A stretch of 32,000 nt of DNA from an uncultured Opitutales bacterium (GCA_934613415.1 CAKTSY010000001.1:1-32000), one strand, 5' to 3'. Shown: positions 10,201 through 18,842, numbered from the stretch's first letter. Numbers and translations: made by a program. Notes: generated by a model from the sequence alone, not told the origin.

Positions 10201-10261
10201 CGATATCACCTACGACTTCGTGAATAATTACAAAGAGCTAATCGACAAAGTGATGGCGTAG
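7205..10261 (+). CDS. res: Type III restriction enzyme Res subunit: SF2 helicase plus C-terminal PD-(D/E)xK nuclease (1018 aa)
   Basis: Motif I METGVGKTYT, motif II IIDEPQ and motif VI RKRQEVGRGLRL are present. The C-terminal YSPDWAIVF...YFVAETKG is nuclease-like. Confidence 0.85.
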   Translation: MKLKFKHQKFQADAAKAVCDVFAGQPRVVSTYQIDPGRDSRQGKIRNVLFTGFANNRLIPALTDAVLLKNINRIQHEQMIKPSDKIEGVGINLTVEMETGVGKTYTYIKTIYELNKLYGWSKFIIVVPSVAIREGVYKSFSVTAEHFKEEYGKQIRFFIYNSGNLQNISQFASDSSINAMIINSQAFNAKGKDARRIRMELDEFNSRRPIDVIAKTNPILIIDEPQSVEGKTTKESLKDFNPLFTLRYSATHKKDSIYNMVYRLDAIDAYNQKLVKKIAVKGISQSTTTGTSGYLYLQGIILSPSKPPRAKLEFDIKGADKIRRTTKIFDQGNDIYASSRELDEYKDRYVIKTIDGRDNSVELLNGTKLFVGDVIGAVDEDQLRRIQIRETIISHLERERELFKKGIKVLSLFFIDQVAHYKIYNDKNEACNGEFADIFEEEYASVVQDFLDDLAVDQDYKNYLKAHTAAQIHVGYFSIDKKSKHFVDSDVKEDRKAKISNDVDAYDLIMKNKERLLDLNEPVRFIFSHSALREGWDNPNVFQICTLKQSSAEIRKRQEVGRGLRLCVNQNGERMDANAIGADVHNVNVLTVIASESYEKFASSLQTEYAEAVSDRPCKVEAKIFVGKIARLSDGTECAITEEQASAICHSLIKNDYIDDKNTLTAKYYDDKAAQRFTLPEQLKPLTETVVKVLDNIYDPGKIRAENAAANNVVARVNENKIASKEFKALWAKISAKSAYCVDFDTSELVAKSIEHLNKELFVGQRYFTITEGSMAKIDSREALENNEAFTATKSETKFASSDNEFANVRYDLIGRIVAETGLTRKTIVEILRGILPEKFDMFKINPEDFIMRASRIINEQKATVIVQHIVYNKIDAKYDTSIFTEPTLKGRLNVNAMETPHHLYDYLIYDSSIEKNFAQEFEIKGDVVLYAKLPKSFYINTPVGNYSPDWAIVFKEDKAKHIYFVAETKGDISSMSFRGVENAKIDCAKKHFAAISPSDITYDFVNNYKELIDKVMA

Positions 10262-10272
10262 TAGCCCTACTA

Positions 10273-10304
10273 CCAACCGGCGGGGTGTGTTGCCTGCCGG
10301 TTGG
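10273..10304 (+). terminator. Stem-loop just after the res stop (9-bp stem CCAACCGGC/GCCGGTTGG, 14-nt loop); possible terminator
   Basis: A perfect GC-rich inverted repeat lies 12 nt after the stop. It has no clear T-tract, so it is weak as an intrinsic terminator. Confidence 0.35.
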
Positions 10305-10740
10305 TGTATGCGCCGCATTTCCTACGGTGTGTAAAATCTAAAAACCTTCTTCGCCCATACAACCAATCTAATTATACACTGGGTGAGAAAGGATTCTATG
10401 CGTTGCAAATAGAGTTGGGCGATAGGTTTTTGGGTTGCAATGTATAACGTATTTATAAAATTTTTAACATATTGTTTTGCAAAACGATAAAGTTTTTATG
10501 TTGTTTTAATTTTATATTTTGGTTGATTTTTTGAAAGTTTAGTGTGATGGTGCTTGTGTCAGGTAAATTGAGTGCGGTGCGGTCGTTATACTCTTTTACC
10601 CAGTACGGTACGATACCGCGAGCGTCACCGTACACCTCTTTTTTGTAAAAAAGTTTTTTCTGAATTACTTCTATTTTTTGAGTTTTATTTGTAATGCGTA
10701 TATAAGCTTTGCAAGCATCGCTGATGGGGTAAATTAGGGT

Positions 10741-11373
10741 TTAAAGCGTTGTAAACGGCTTCGACGAAATAACTTTGTAATCGTCGTTATGAGTGTAGAA
10801 TTGCTCCATCAGCCAGTATATGCCGTTTGTTTTGCGCCTTAGTTTCGCCGAAAGCAATTCGCGAGTTATAGGCATAACCTGAAAAATAGATATGAATTTG
10901 TGTTTTGAAATGTAGCACTTTACTACGTTTGGAGATTTGAAAACCTCTGGCAGCAAGAGAACCGTTCCGCAATACTTTCCTTTTAGTTTCATATCTATCG
11001 TGTCTGAAACGGTGAGGTTTTCTTTCGAGTTGAATGCGTATTGCGCCGTTGCCCAAAGCAGACTATTTAAGCTAAGCCAATCTTTTGAAGATTCCTTGAT
11101 TTCAACTTCGGGCGAAACGAGCATCATGTATTCGTTGCGCCTGTTTGCCTTTCGTCCCCAACCGATGTCGCGTTCGGGCATAAGGTAGTCGCTCGCGCCT
11201 ATAGTGCACAACTTCCAAAACGGCATTTTCTTTGTCGGGCGGAAGACATAAGTGGTTATTGGCTTCAACCCTTCGGGCAATAGAGATTTCTTTAATTGCA
11301 GGCTAAATGCAGGCGTTTGTTGAAAAATACCCGTGTAATGATCGTATAGCTTTTGATGTCTTAAACTCTTCAT
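10741..11373 (-). CDS. SUFU (suppressor-of-fused)-like domain protein (210 aa), the type that acts as immunity protein in polymorphic-toxin systems
   Basis: PFWKLCTIGASDYLMPE...EYMMLVSPE...WLSLNSLLWATAQYAF...ISIFQVMPITRELLSAKL matches the bacterial SUFU pattern as I remember it (xWTLxTxGMSDxxM ... ELxMxLP ... W..L..lA.y ... lxPIxxxEl). Confidence 0.55.
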   Translation of the reverse strand: MKSLRHQKLYDHYTGIFQQTPAFSLQLKKSLLPEGLKPITTYVFRPTKKMPFWKLCTIGASDYLMPERDIGWGRKANRRNEYMMLVSPEVEIKESSKDWLSLNSLLWATAQYAFNSKENLTVSDTIDMKLKGKYCGTVLLLPEVFKSPNVVKCYISKHKFISIFQVMPITRELLSAKLRRKTNGIYWLMEQFYTHNDDYKVISSKPFTTL

Positions 11374-11705
11374 TTGAACTTATAAAAATATACCTATCAT
11401 TTCCCGATTTTTTGACAAGCCGAATTCTTTACATATAAGTAAGGCAGAATGCGGAGTAGGGTAAGCGGTGCGTTATTTATGATTGATATGTAATTAGTAA
11501 ATTATTCGGATATTGAGATTTGTTTTTTTATTGATTTGTTAAGCGTTTTAGATTCTTTTATGCACAAAGAGGTTGAAAGCGTTTATGGATGTGTAACAAT
11601 AGGGCGTTTACATTGCTACTCGGCTTCTTCCATAAAACAAATAGATTTTATTTAACCTGCAGATAAAATGGTATAAGATAAGGGCAATCTTGCATAAGCG
11701 AACCC

Positions 11706-11862
11706 TAAGTGCGCAAAAAAAGCCAGGACTTTCGCACATGTTGATATTAAGCAAGTTGCGAAAAATAACGATGCGAAAATGAATATAAAAATAAAAGAAC
11801 AAAAAAGTTTCGCAAAAAAATCGTTGCAAACAAATAAAAATAGGCAGATAAAACCCCATACT
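11706..11862 (+). promoter_or_regulatory. CRISPR leader 1, AT-rich and homologous to leader 2
   Basis: It aligns by eye over about 157 bp with 19836-19993. Shared blocks include TAAGTGYGCAAAAAAAGCCAG, ATATTAAGCAAGTTGCGAA and TTTCGCAAAAAAATCGTTGCAAAC. A conserved TTGCAA-N17-GATAAA lies about 10 nt before repeat 1 and is a weak promoter candidate. Confidence 0.7.
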
Positions 11863-12358
11863 GTCGCGCCCCTCGCGGGCGCGTGAATTGAAACAAGGCG
11901 CTCTTAACATCAACCTCATCGCTTGCGTGTCGCGCCCCTCGCGGGCGCGTGAATTGAAACAAAAAAGGCGATTACATTCAGCGCGTCGACAGTGGTCGCG
12001 CCCCTCGCGGGCGCGTGAATTGAAACGATTTCCGTTTATAAACTCGCCAACTTGGTTGAGTCGCGCCCCTCGCGGGCGCGTGAATTGAAACTGCAAACAT
12101 ACGAGTGTCTTCAAACACAATTCGCCCGTCGCGCCCCTCGCGGGCGCGTGAATTGAAACTTTGGGGTTGTCGTTGAGCTTATCAAGTTCAATACGGTCGC
12201 GCCCCTCGCGGGCGCGTGAATTGAAACACGCGTGGGCAGTCGATTTTTGCGCAAATGTAAAGTCGCGCCCCTCGTGGGCGCGTGAATTGAAACTTTTAGG
12301 TCCAAATCGTTCTTTTCAATTTCCTGGTCGCGCCCCTTGTGGGCGCGGCTGTATATTA
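11863..12358 (+). CRISPR. CRISPR array 1: 8 repeats of 32 bp (GTCGCGCCCCTCGCGGGCGCGTGAATTGAAAC) and 7 spacers of 33-36 bp; type I-C-like repeat
   Basis: Repeats start at 11863, 11929, 11995, 12060, 12128, 12196, 12262 (one substitution) and 12327 (degenerate terminal repeat). The repeat has a GCGCCC/GGGCGC stem and ends in ATTGAAAC. The leader at the 5' end and the decayed repeat at the 3' end set the polarity as +. Confidence 0.95.
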
Positions 12359-12384
12359 GTGAGTTTGCATTTGGCATTAAAAAA

Positions 12385-12414
12385 GGCGGCATCGAATTGA
12401 TGCCACCTTTTGTT
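12385..12414. terminator. Bidirectional rho-independent terminator
   Basis: The stem GGCGGCATC/GATGCCACC has one mismatch and a 5-nt loop. It is flanked by an A-run upstream and TTTTGTT downstream. It sits between the end of the array (+) and the end of the pseudopilin-like gene (-). Confidence 0.6.
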
Positions 12415-12469
12415 AAAGTCTTTTAATAAAGCTTTGTGTTTATCCGAAATTCGGGGAATTTATGCGAAA

Positions 12470-13153
12470 CTACGGATTTAAGATATTTTGCGAGCCGCCT
12501 TTAATGGCTTGCGAAATATTGTAGGTACGCTGTGTTTGCTTGTAAACGTGCAAGATACCTTGCTTTGTGTTTTCGTCTCTAAGCGATGTATACCATTCAA
12601 CGTGGCCGTCGGCAAATGCAATGTGGCCGCCGTCTGTGCCGAATACGCCGTTTTCTTCGTCCCACATACCGCTGGGTTTAAGACCTCTTGTCCAGAGCAG
12701 GGGAACTGTGGCTTCGGCATTTGCCAAAACTGCGTTTGCAACCGACCAGCTTACGGGGAATTTGTTGAATTCGGGATCCAAAGACCAGTTGTTGCCAACT
12801 TTTTTTGCTACGTTAACGGGCATTGCCGCGTTTTCGCCGTCGAGCTTGGCAAGAACTTTCGGGTCGTTCGAAAGAATCCACATTTCGGGGAGGTTTAAGT
12901 CGGCCTTTTCGGCGAGAACTGCCGCCCATTGCCATACGTCGGGTTTGGAAACTATGTGTTGTCTTTGACCCATTTTAACATAGTTCATCCAAGCCTGCGC
13001 AATCTGACGCGCGTTGTTCATCGACTTTACCTTGGGGCCTGTGCTTGTAAATTTACTCATTGCAGGGTAAAGCAAGCCTGCCAATACGCCGATAATACCG
13101 ACGACGATAAGAAGTTCGATTAGGGTAAACGCTCGTTTGTTTGATTTTTTCAT
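12470..13153 (-). CDS. Prepilin-type N-terminal cleavage/methylation domain protein (pseudopilin-like, 227 aa)
   Basis: The N-terminus KRAFTLIELLIVVGIIGVLAGLL is a class III signal. The C-terminal GGHIAFADGHVEWY resembles the DUF1559/H-X9-DG tail common in PVC-group bacteria. Confidence 0.8.
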   Translation of the reverse strand: MKKSNKRAFTLIELLIVVGIIGVLAGLLYPAMSKFTSTGPKVKSMNNARQIAQAWMNYVKMGQRQHIVSKPDVWQWAAVLAEKADLNLPEMWILSNDPKVLAKLDGENAAMPVNVAKKVGNNWSLDPEFNKFPVSWSVANAVLANAEATVPLLWTRGLKPSGMWDEENGVFGTDGGHIAFADGHVEWYTSLRDENTKQGILHVYKQTQRTYNISQAIKGGSQNILNP

Positions 13154-13248
13154 TTCAGTAGATTTAATTATTATTTTTGTTGGTAAAAGGTTTGTTAGAG
13201 TAATTCAGAATATAACACGAACTACTCTTAACAATCAAGCTTTTTTTA

Positions 13249-14508
13249 TTAGTAGGGAAGAGGGAACTTTTTGCAGAGGTCTAAAACAATGTTTTTAGCC
13301 TTTTCAATACCTTCTTCGCTTTCGGGGTTTGCCAAAACAATGCTTATTGCCTGAGCAATCTGCTTCATTTCTTCAACGCCCATACCGCGCGATGTTACCG
13401 CCGCAGTTCCCAACCTTACACCGCTTGCCTTAAACGGCGAGCGTGTTTCGAAAGGCACTGTGTTTTTGTTTGTTGTAATGTTCGCCTTTTCGAGAGCAGC
13501 TTGGGCATCTTTACCTGTCAAGTCGGGGTGGCTTGTTCTAAAGTCTAGCAACATAAGGTGGTTGTCGGTTCCGCCCGAAACAAGCTTAAAGCCCTTTTCC
13601 TTTAAAGCTTCTGCCAAAGCTGCGCAGTTGGCAACAACCTGTTTTGCATATTCTTTAAAGTCGTCGGTGGCAGCCTGTTTAAAGCAAACAGCTTTTGCCG
13701 CAATAATGTGCATTAAAGGCCCGCCCTGGTTGCCGGGGAATACCGCAGAATCTATCGCCTTTGCGTATTTTTCTTTGCACATAATTATGCCGCCGCGGGG
13801 CCCGCGCAAAGTTTTGTGCGTTGTTGTAGTTACAAAGTCGCAATAGGGAACGGGAGTGGGGTGAACGCCCGTTGCAACCAAAGCCGCAATGTGGGCAATG
13901 TCGGCCATAAGCATTGCGCCGCATTTTTGCGCAATTTCGCCCATCCTTTTAAAGTCTATAATTCTGGGATATGCCGAAGCACCAACAACAATCAGCTTGG
14001 GCTTTTCAGCCATAGCTTGTTCTTCAATCTTGTCGTAGTTTAGCATTTCGGTTTCTTTGTCTACGCCGTAGCTTACAATGTTGTAGAGCTTGCCCGACAT
14101 ATTCATTGGGTGGCCGTGGCTTAGGTGGCCGCCGTGGTCTAGCGAAAGCGACAAAATTTTGTCTCCGGGGGTAAGAACCGCCGAATATACGGCCAAGTTT
14201 GCCTGCGAGCCAGAGTGGGGCTGAACATTAACGTGTTCTGCGCCAAAAAGAGCCTTGGCTCTGTCTATTGCCAACTGTTCAATAACGTCTACAAACTGGC
14301 AGCCGCCGTAGTATCTCTTTTTGGGATAACCTTCGGCATATTTATTTGTTAGTGTAGAGCCTGCCGCTTCCATTACGGCCGGGTATGTGAAGTTTTCCGA
14401 CGCAATCAATTCGATATGCGTTTGTTGGCGGTTTGTTTCCGAGCGTATTGCGTTGAATACTTCAGGGTCGAGTTGTTTAAGGGGAATTGCGCTTATTGCT
14501 TTATTCAT
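13249..14508 (-). CDS. glyA: Serine hydroxymethyltransferase (419 aa)
   Basis: The protein looks like full-length SHMT. It has the PLP-lysine motif [14 protein letters not shown], plus ELIASENF and [13 protein letters not shown]. Confidence 0.95.
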   Translation of the reverse strand: MNKAISAIPLKQLDPEVFNAIRSETNRQQTHIELIASENFTYPAVMEAAGSTLTNKYAEGYPKKRYYGGCQFVDVIEQLAIDRAKALFGAEHVNVQPHSGSQANLAVYSAVLTPGDKILSLSLDHGGHLSHGHPMNMSGKLYNIVSYGVDKETEMLNYDKIEEQAMAEKPKLIVVGASAYPRIIDFKRMGEIAQKCGAMLMADIAHIAALVATGVHPTPVPYCDFVTTTTHKTLRGPRGGIIMCKEKYAKAIDSAVFPGNQGGPLMHIIAAKAVCFKQAATDDFKEYAKQVVANCAALAEALKEKGFKLVSGGTDNHLMLLDFRTSHPDLTGKDAQAALEKANITTNKNTVPFETRSPFKASGVRLGTAAVTSRGMGVEEMKQIAQAISIVLANPESEEGIEKAKNIVLDLCKKFPLPY

Positions 14509-14549
14509 AATTTAAGTATATTAGCTGTTTTAGTTGTGAAATGTCAAGT

Positions 14550-14981
14550 TTAGCAGGCCGAGATTTTTTCGACTCTGCGAAGGTGCCTGCCTCCTTCGAA
14601 TTGTGTGGACAAAAATATATCCACCAATTTTTTTGCCTCTTCGAACGAAGTGTAGTGCGCGCCAAGGCAAAGAACGTTTGCGTTGTTGTGGCGGCGTGTC
14701 ATTTCGGCCATATTTTCGTTCACGCAAAGGGCGGCCCTAATTTTTGGGAACTTGTTTGCGGTAATGCTCATACCTATGCCCGTTGTGCAAATTAAAATGC
14801 CGTAGTCGCTTTCACCGTCGGAGACTTTTTTTGATACCGCCTTTGCATAGTCGGGGTAGTCTACGCTTTCTTTGCCAAAGCAGCCGCAGTCGTCTACGGT
14901 TATTTGTTTAGATTTAAGATATTGGCAAACTTCTTCTTTTAAGTCGAAGCCGCCGTGGTCGCTACCAATGCTTATTTTCAT
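14550..14981 (-). CDS. rpiB: Ribose-5-phosphate isomerase B (RpiB/LacA/LacB family, 143 aa)
   Basis: MKISIGSDHGGFDLKEE and ILICTTGIGMSITANK are present. The start overlaps the upstream stop (ATGA). Confidence 0.9.
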   Translation of the reverse strand: MKISIGSDHGGFDLKEEVCQYLKSKQITVDDCGCFGKESVDYPDYAKAVSKKVSDGESDYGILICTTGIGMSITANKFPKIRAALCVNENMAEMTRRHNNANVLCLGAHYTSFEEAKKLVDIFLSTQFEGGRHLRRVEKISAC

Positions 14982-15469
14982 AGTTTTTCCTGCAAGAATT
15001 TAATTAGGGCGGGAATGCCCGACACAATTTCGTCGCGAACGCTGTCGTATACTTTTTGAGACATTCCGAATGGGTCTGCAATGTCGGCGTCGCAGCCGCT
15101 TTTGCCCGAAAGCGAAAGCAGCGTAAACGAGTTTTCGGGAAGATAGTCGCCAAAATAGGCCTTTGCTATTTGCAAGTGCATATCTTCCATTGCAACAAGC
15201 GCAAAGCATGTGCTTAAAAGCTCTTTTGTAAGCTGCTGGGGCTTGTGGTTGTTAAGCGAAATGCCGACTTTTGCAAGTGCCTTTACCGAGTTTGGCGAGG
15301 CATAGCCGCCAACGGCCGCGCTTGTGCCGGCCGACATAACGCGCAATTTTTTTAGCGGGCTGCTTTCGGGCAGCGCCGCAATTGCGTGTTTAAGCAATGC
15401 CTCGCCCATTGGCGAGCGGCAAACATTGCCCGTGCAAAGGAATATTACACTGTCGCGTTTGTTAGGCAT
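14978..15469 (-). CDS. Low-molecular-weight protein tyrosine/arginine phosphatase (163 aa)
   Basis: The CX5R(S/T) P-loop is present as VIFLCTGNVCRSPMGEAL. A downstream D in DPFG is present. Confidence 0.85.
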   Translation of the reverse strand: MPNKRDSVIFLCTGNVCRSPMGEALLKHAIAALPESSPLKKLRVMSAGTSAAVGGYASPNSVKALAKVGISLNNHKPQQLTKELLSTCFALVAMEDMHLQIAKAYFGDYLPENSFTLLSLSGKSGCDADIADPFGMSQKVYDSVRDEIVSGIPALIKFLQEKL

Positions 15470-15472
15470 TTT

Positions 15473-16762
15473 TTATTTCTTGTTCCTTGCCAACTGGCGG
15501 TGTGCAATGTCTTTGCGGTAATATGCGCCATCGAACGAGATTTGCGATACCAAAGAATATGCCTTTTTAAGGGCGTTTTCTAGTGTGTTGCCCGTTGCCG
15601 TAACGCTTAAAACCCTGCCGCCCGAAGTTATTATTTTACCTTCGGCATTCTTTTTTGTGCCGCTATGTATAATGTAAGCATCTTCGGGGCACTTGTCGGG
15701 AAAGCTTATAACTTTCCCCTTTTCGTAGGCGTTTGGATACCCCTTCGAAGTCATTACAATGGTGGCGGCAAATTCGTCTTTAATTTCGCATTTATTTGGG
15801 TCTAAATTGCCGCAGGCTGCATCGAACAAAATTTCGAGCGCATCGGATTTTATAAGCGGCATTAAAACCTGACACTCAGGGTCGCCAAAACGCACGTTAT
15901 ATTCTACAACTTTTGCGCCTTGTTTTGTAATCATTATGCCGACATATAAAGTTCCGCGGTAGTCTATGCCCTCGGCTACCAAGGCGTTTAGGGTTGGCTG
16001 TATTATGTTTTGCCTTACGTCGGCTTCAACTTCTTTTGTAACAACCGCAGCGGGGGCATAGGCACCCATACCGCCCGTATTAAGGCCTTTGTCGCCTTCG
16101 CCAATGCGCTTGTGGTCTTGGCTGGGCGGAAGCATAATATAGTTTTTGCCCGAAACAATAAGCATTATGCTGGCTTCTTCGCCCTCCATTTTTTCCTCTA
16201 CAACAATTTCGGCCGAGCTTTCGCCAAAAGACTTGTTTAAAAGCATATCTTTTGCCGCTAAAATTGCCTCTTCTTTGCTTTCGGGAATTATAACGCCTTT
16301 GCCCGCCGCCAAGCCGCTGGCTTTTACAACAACGTTAAAAGGCACGCTTTCTATATAGCTTTTTGCGCTTTCAAAATCGGTAAAATTTTTGCCTATTGCG
16401 GTGGGAATGTTGTTCCTTTGCATAAAGGCCTTGCTGAATGCTTTGCTGGCTTCTAGCTGTGCGCCGTCTTTATTGGGTCCGTAAACTGCAATGTTGTTTT
16501 TCCTTAAAAGGTCTGCCAAGCCAAGCGAAAGGGGCACTTCGGGCCCGCAAATAACAAAGTCTATTTTTTCGGCTTTGCAAAATTCAAGAATCTTGTTTAG
16601 GTCGGTTACTGGAATGTCTACACTTTGGCAGTCTTGCGAAATGCCGCCGTTTGCGGGCGCACAGAATATTTTTGCCGCCAAAGGCGAATTTATAACGGCT
16701 TTAACTATGGCGTGCTCGCGGCCGCCCGAACCGATAATCAATACATTTAATTTGTCTTTCAT
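15473..16762 (-). CDS. purD: Phosphoribosylamine-glycine ligase (429 aa)
   Basis: VLIIGSGGREHAI, an ATP-grasp core (EEKMEGEEASIM) and GDKGLNTGGMGAY are present. Confidence 0.93.
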   Translation of the reverse strand: MKDKLNVLIIGSGGREHAIVKAVINSPLAAKIFCAPANGGISQDCQSVDIPVTDLNKILEFCKAEKIDFVICGPEVPLSLGLADLLRKNNIAVYGPNKDGAQLEASKAFSKAFMQRNNIPTAIGKNFTDFESAKSYIESVPFNVVVKASGLAAGKGVIIPESKEEAILAAKDMLLNKSFGESSAEIVVEEKMEGEEASIMLIVSGKNYIMLPPSQDHKRIGEGDKGLNTGGMGAYAPAAVVTKEVEADVRQNIIQPTLNALVAEGIDYRGTLYVGIMITKQGAKVVEYNVRFGDPECQVLMPLIKSDALEILFDAACGNLDPNKCEIKDEFAATIVMTSKGYPNAYEKGKVISFPDKCPEDAYIIHSGTKKNAEGKIITSGGRVLSVTATGNTLENALKKAYSLVSQISFDGAYYRKDIAHRQLARNKK

Positions 16763-16769
16763 AAAAAAT

Positions 16770-17876
16770 TTAAACTACCTTTCTGTATAGAGACAAAGCC
16801 CATACCATCATTATAATATTGGGTATCCACGCCGCCATTGCAGGCGTTAAAAGGTCTTTAGAGCCAACGGCTGTAAATATGTTTGTAAGCAAATAATACG
16901 CAAAAAACAGTCCAACTGTTTTCGAAACGCCAACCATTGGGTTTGTTCTAACGCCCGCAACCGAAAACGGAATTGCAATGGCTACAACTATAAGGCACAC
17001 AAAGGGGCTTGTTAGCATACTTTGCAGCTGAACACTGTAGGGCAACATTTCCTTTTCTTCGCCCAAAACGTCTATTAGGTGCCTAAGCTCGAGCACCGAC
17101 AGGTCTTTGGGGCGTTTTATTGTAAGCTCCATAATGTCGGGGTCTTCGCCAAAATCCTTAAAAGTTTTTTCCTTAAACTTAAGCGTTCTTATTGCATTAG
17201 ACGTTTGCGCATCAAAAAACACTTCAAAGCCGTCTTTAAATGTCCAACAGCGGCTTTTTTCGTTATAAAAGCCGTATTTTGCCCTTACAGCGTGCGTTTC
17301 GCGGCTTTGATTGTCTAGCACATGAACTTCTACGCCTTTTGCCTCGTTTGTAGACTTTACAAATTCGCGCACAAACCAAATTCTTGAATTTTTGCGGTTG
17401 TTAAACGACAAGTGGTTTATTATGTCGTTATTGGAGGTTTTGTGAGCCTTTCTTTCGCCCGCTAAGCGCAGGGCTTCTATGTCGGCACGGCCGGCCTGTA
17501 CGGCTTTGGGAACAATGTCGGCATTCAAATAAAATAGCATAATAGAAAGGCAAATGCCAGCCGCCCACAATGGCCTTGAAATGCGCCAAATTGTTAGGCC
17601 GGCCGCCCTCATTGCAATGATTTCGGAATTTCTGTGCAATGTGCCCAACGAAAAAATTATAGACAAAAGCAGGCTTATGGGCAAAACAACGGGGATATAG
17701 GAGGGCAGTTTTAACGCATAATATTTTGTTATTGTTGCCGCATTTGCGCCGTACGAAATAAGGTCGGGCAGGTCGCTATAGGCATCGTGCAAAATCAATA
17801 TTCCCAAAGTAACAAACATTGCTCCGAAAAATATCTTGAACCATTGCGAAAAAATGTACCTGTCGAGTATAAACAT
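16770..17876 (-). CDS. LptF/LptG-family (YjgP/YjgQ) LPS export permease (368 aa)
   Basis: The N-terminus is ILDRYIFSQWFKIFFGAMFVTLGIL. There are six predicted TM segments with a large periplasmic insert between TM3 and TM4. Confidence 0.8.
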   Translation of the reverse strand: MFILDRYIFSQWFKIFFGAMFVTLGILILHDAYSDLPDLISYGANAATITKYYALKLPSYIPVVLPISLLLSIIFSLGTLHRNSEIIAMRAAGLTIWRISRPLWAAGICLSIMLFYLNADIVPKAVQAGRADIEALRLAGERKAHKTSNNDIINHLSFNNRKNSRIWFVREFVKSTNEAKGVEVHVLDNQSRETHAVRAKYGFYNEKSRCWTFKDGFEVFFDAQTSNAIRTLKFKEKTFKDFGEDPDIMELTIKRPKDLSVLELRHLIDVLGEEKEMLPYSVQLQSMLTSPFVCLIVVAIAIPFSVAGVRTNPMVGVSKTVGLFFAYYLLTNIFTAVGSKDLLTPAMAAWIPNIIMMVWALSLYRKVV

Positions 17877-17999
17877 AAACCGATTTTGCCTTAAAAATTT
17901 CCGACTTATTCTATTGTTTTGTTTTGATATGTAAATATTTTTTATAAAATAGATTGCAAAAAGAAATAATTTGTTTAGAAATTCTTAAAAAATAAAAAT

Positions 18000-18842
18000 A
18001 TGAAAAATATCGGTGAAAGACTCGAACAGGCTCGCGTTGCGCGCAATATTTCGCTAAAAGAAGTTGCCGCAAGGCTGAAAATTAGAGAAGAATATTTGTT
18101 CTCGATGGAAAAGAACGACTTTTCCTATAATATGCCCGACGTTTATCGTAGGGGATTTTTGCGCTTATATGCCGAATTTTTAAAGCTTAACCCCGACGAA
18201 ATTATGCAGGAATACAAGGCTATGTCGATGGTGCAAGACGCCCATAGCAAGCACTTGGGCGCGCAAATTTTGGGCAGAATAACGGCATCTGAAATGTCGC
18301 AAGACGACGCTCCGGCAACCGACGGCGACAATTTGGACGTTTCGGGCAGGTTTGAATCGGGCAAAGACTATTTTGGAACTTCGCCAAACCCGTTGGATAG
18401 CGACGGCGACGGCAAAAAGTATGTTAAAATTGCCGCGGTTTTTGTGGCTACAATAGCGGTCTGCGCCTTGCTGTTTTGGGGGCTAAGCGCATTGCTTTCG
18501 AAATCGCGTAAGGCGAGCACGGAGATTTCAGAAACTGCAATGCCCGAAACAACAGTTTCGCAAACTGCACCTTTAAACGACTATACTTTGGGCATTTTGT
18601 GCACCGGCGATAGCGACACTTACATAAACTTGCATTACCCAGACACAGCAAACAGCCCCATATATGCAGGAGCTATAAAAAGCGGCGAAAAGAAAGAGTT
18701 TAAAGTGTCTGGCAAAGTGGTAATGCGCGTAACCGACATAGAAAAGATTAAAATAGAGAAAAACGGCGAAGTGCTTGATTTGCAAAAGAAAAAGGCTATG
18801 CGCGGAATAAAAACATTAAGTATAAATCCGCCGACAAAATAA
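18000..18842 (+). CDS. RodZ-like protein: helix-turn-helix, TM helix and a C-terminal beta domain (280 aa)
   Basis: The N-terminal HTH is IGERLEQARVARNISLKEVAARLKIREEYLFSME. A central TM helix (IAAVFVATIAVCALLFWGLSALL) is followed by a DUF4115-like tail. Confidence 0.7.
   Translation: MKNIGERLEQARVARNISLKEVAARLKIREEYLFSMEKNDFSYNMPDVYRRGFLRLYAEFLKLNPDEIMQEYKAMSMVQDAHSKHLGAQILGRITASEMSQDDAPATDGDNLDVSGRFESGKDYFGTSPNPLDSDGDGKKYVKIAAVFVATIAVCALLFWGLSALLSKSRKASTEISETAMPETTVSQTAPLNDYTLGILCTGDSDTYINLHYPDTANSPIYAGAIKSGEKKEFKVSGKVVMRVTDIEKIKIEKNGEVLDLQKKKAMRGIKTLSINPPTK

Noticed and set aside
4682-10261. Simple-sequence repeats (homopolymer, tetra- or pentanucleotide tracts) in mod or res that would indicate phase variation
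   Set aside because: No long tract was seen in or just upstream of either gene, so phase variation is not supported.
10453-10635. A 60-aa minus-strand ORF in the res-SUFU intergenic region
   Set aside because: It has no RBS, is of borderline length in AT-rich DNA, and runs through the hairpin region. I treat the region as non-coding.
11413-11441. TTGACA-N16-TATAAG promoter-like sequence on the + strand, upstream of leader 1
   Set aside because: It lies more than 400 bp from the first repeat and outside the region conserved between the two leaders, and no + strand ORF follows it. It may be chance in AT-rich DNA or belong to the divergent SUFU-like gene region.
11608-12392. ORFs 11608-12120(-), 11747-11962(-), 11888-12088(+), 12111-12392(-) and 12161-12400(+), with repeating peptides such as FQFTRPRGAR and SRPSRARELK
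   Set aside because: These are translations of the CRISPR repeats. The periodic peptide repeats are an artefact of the array.
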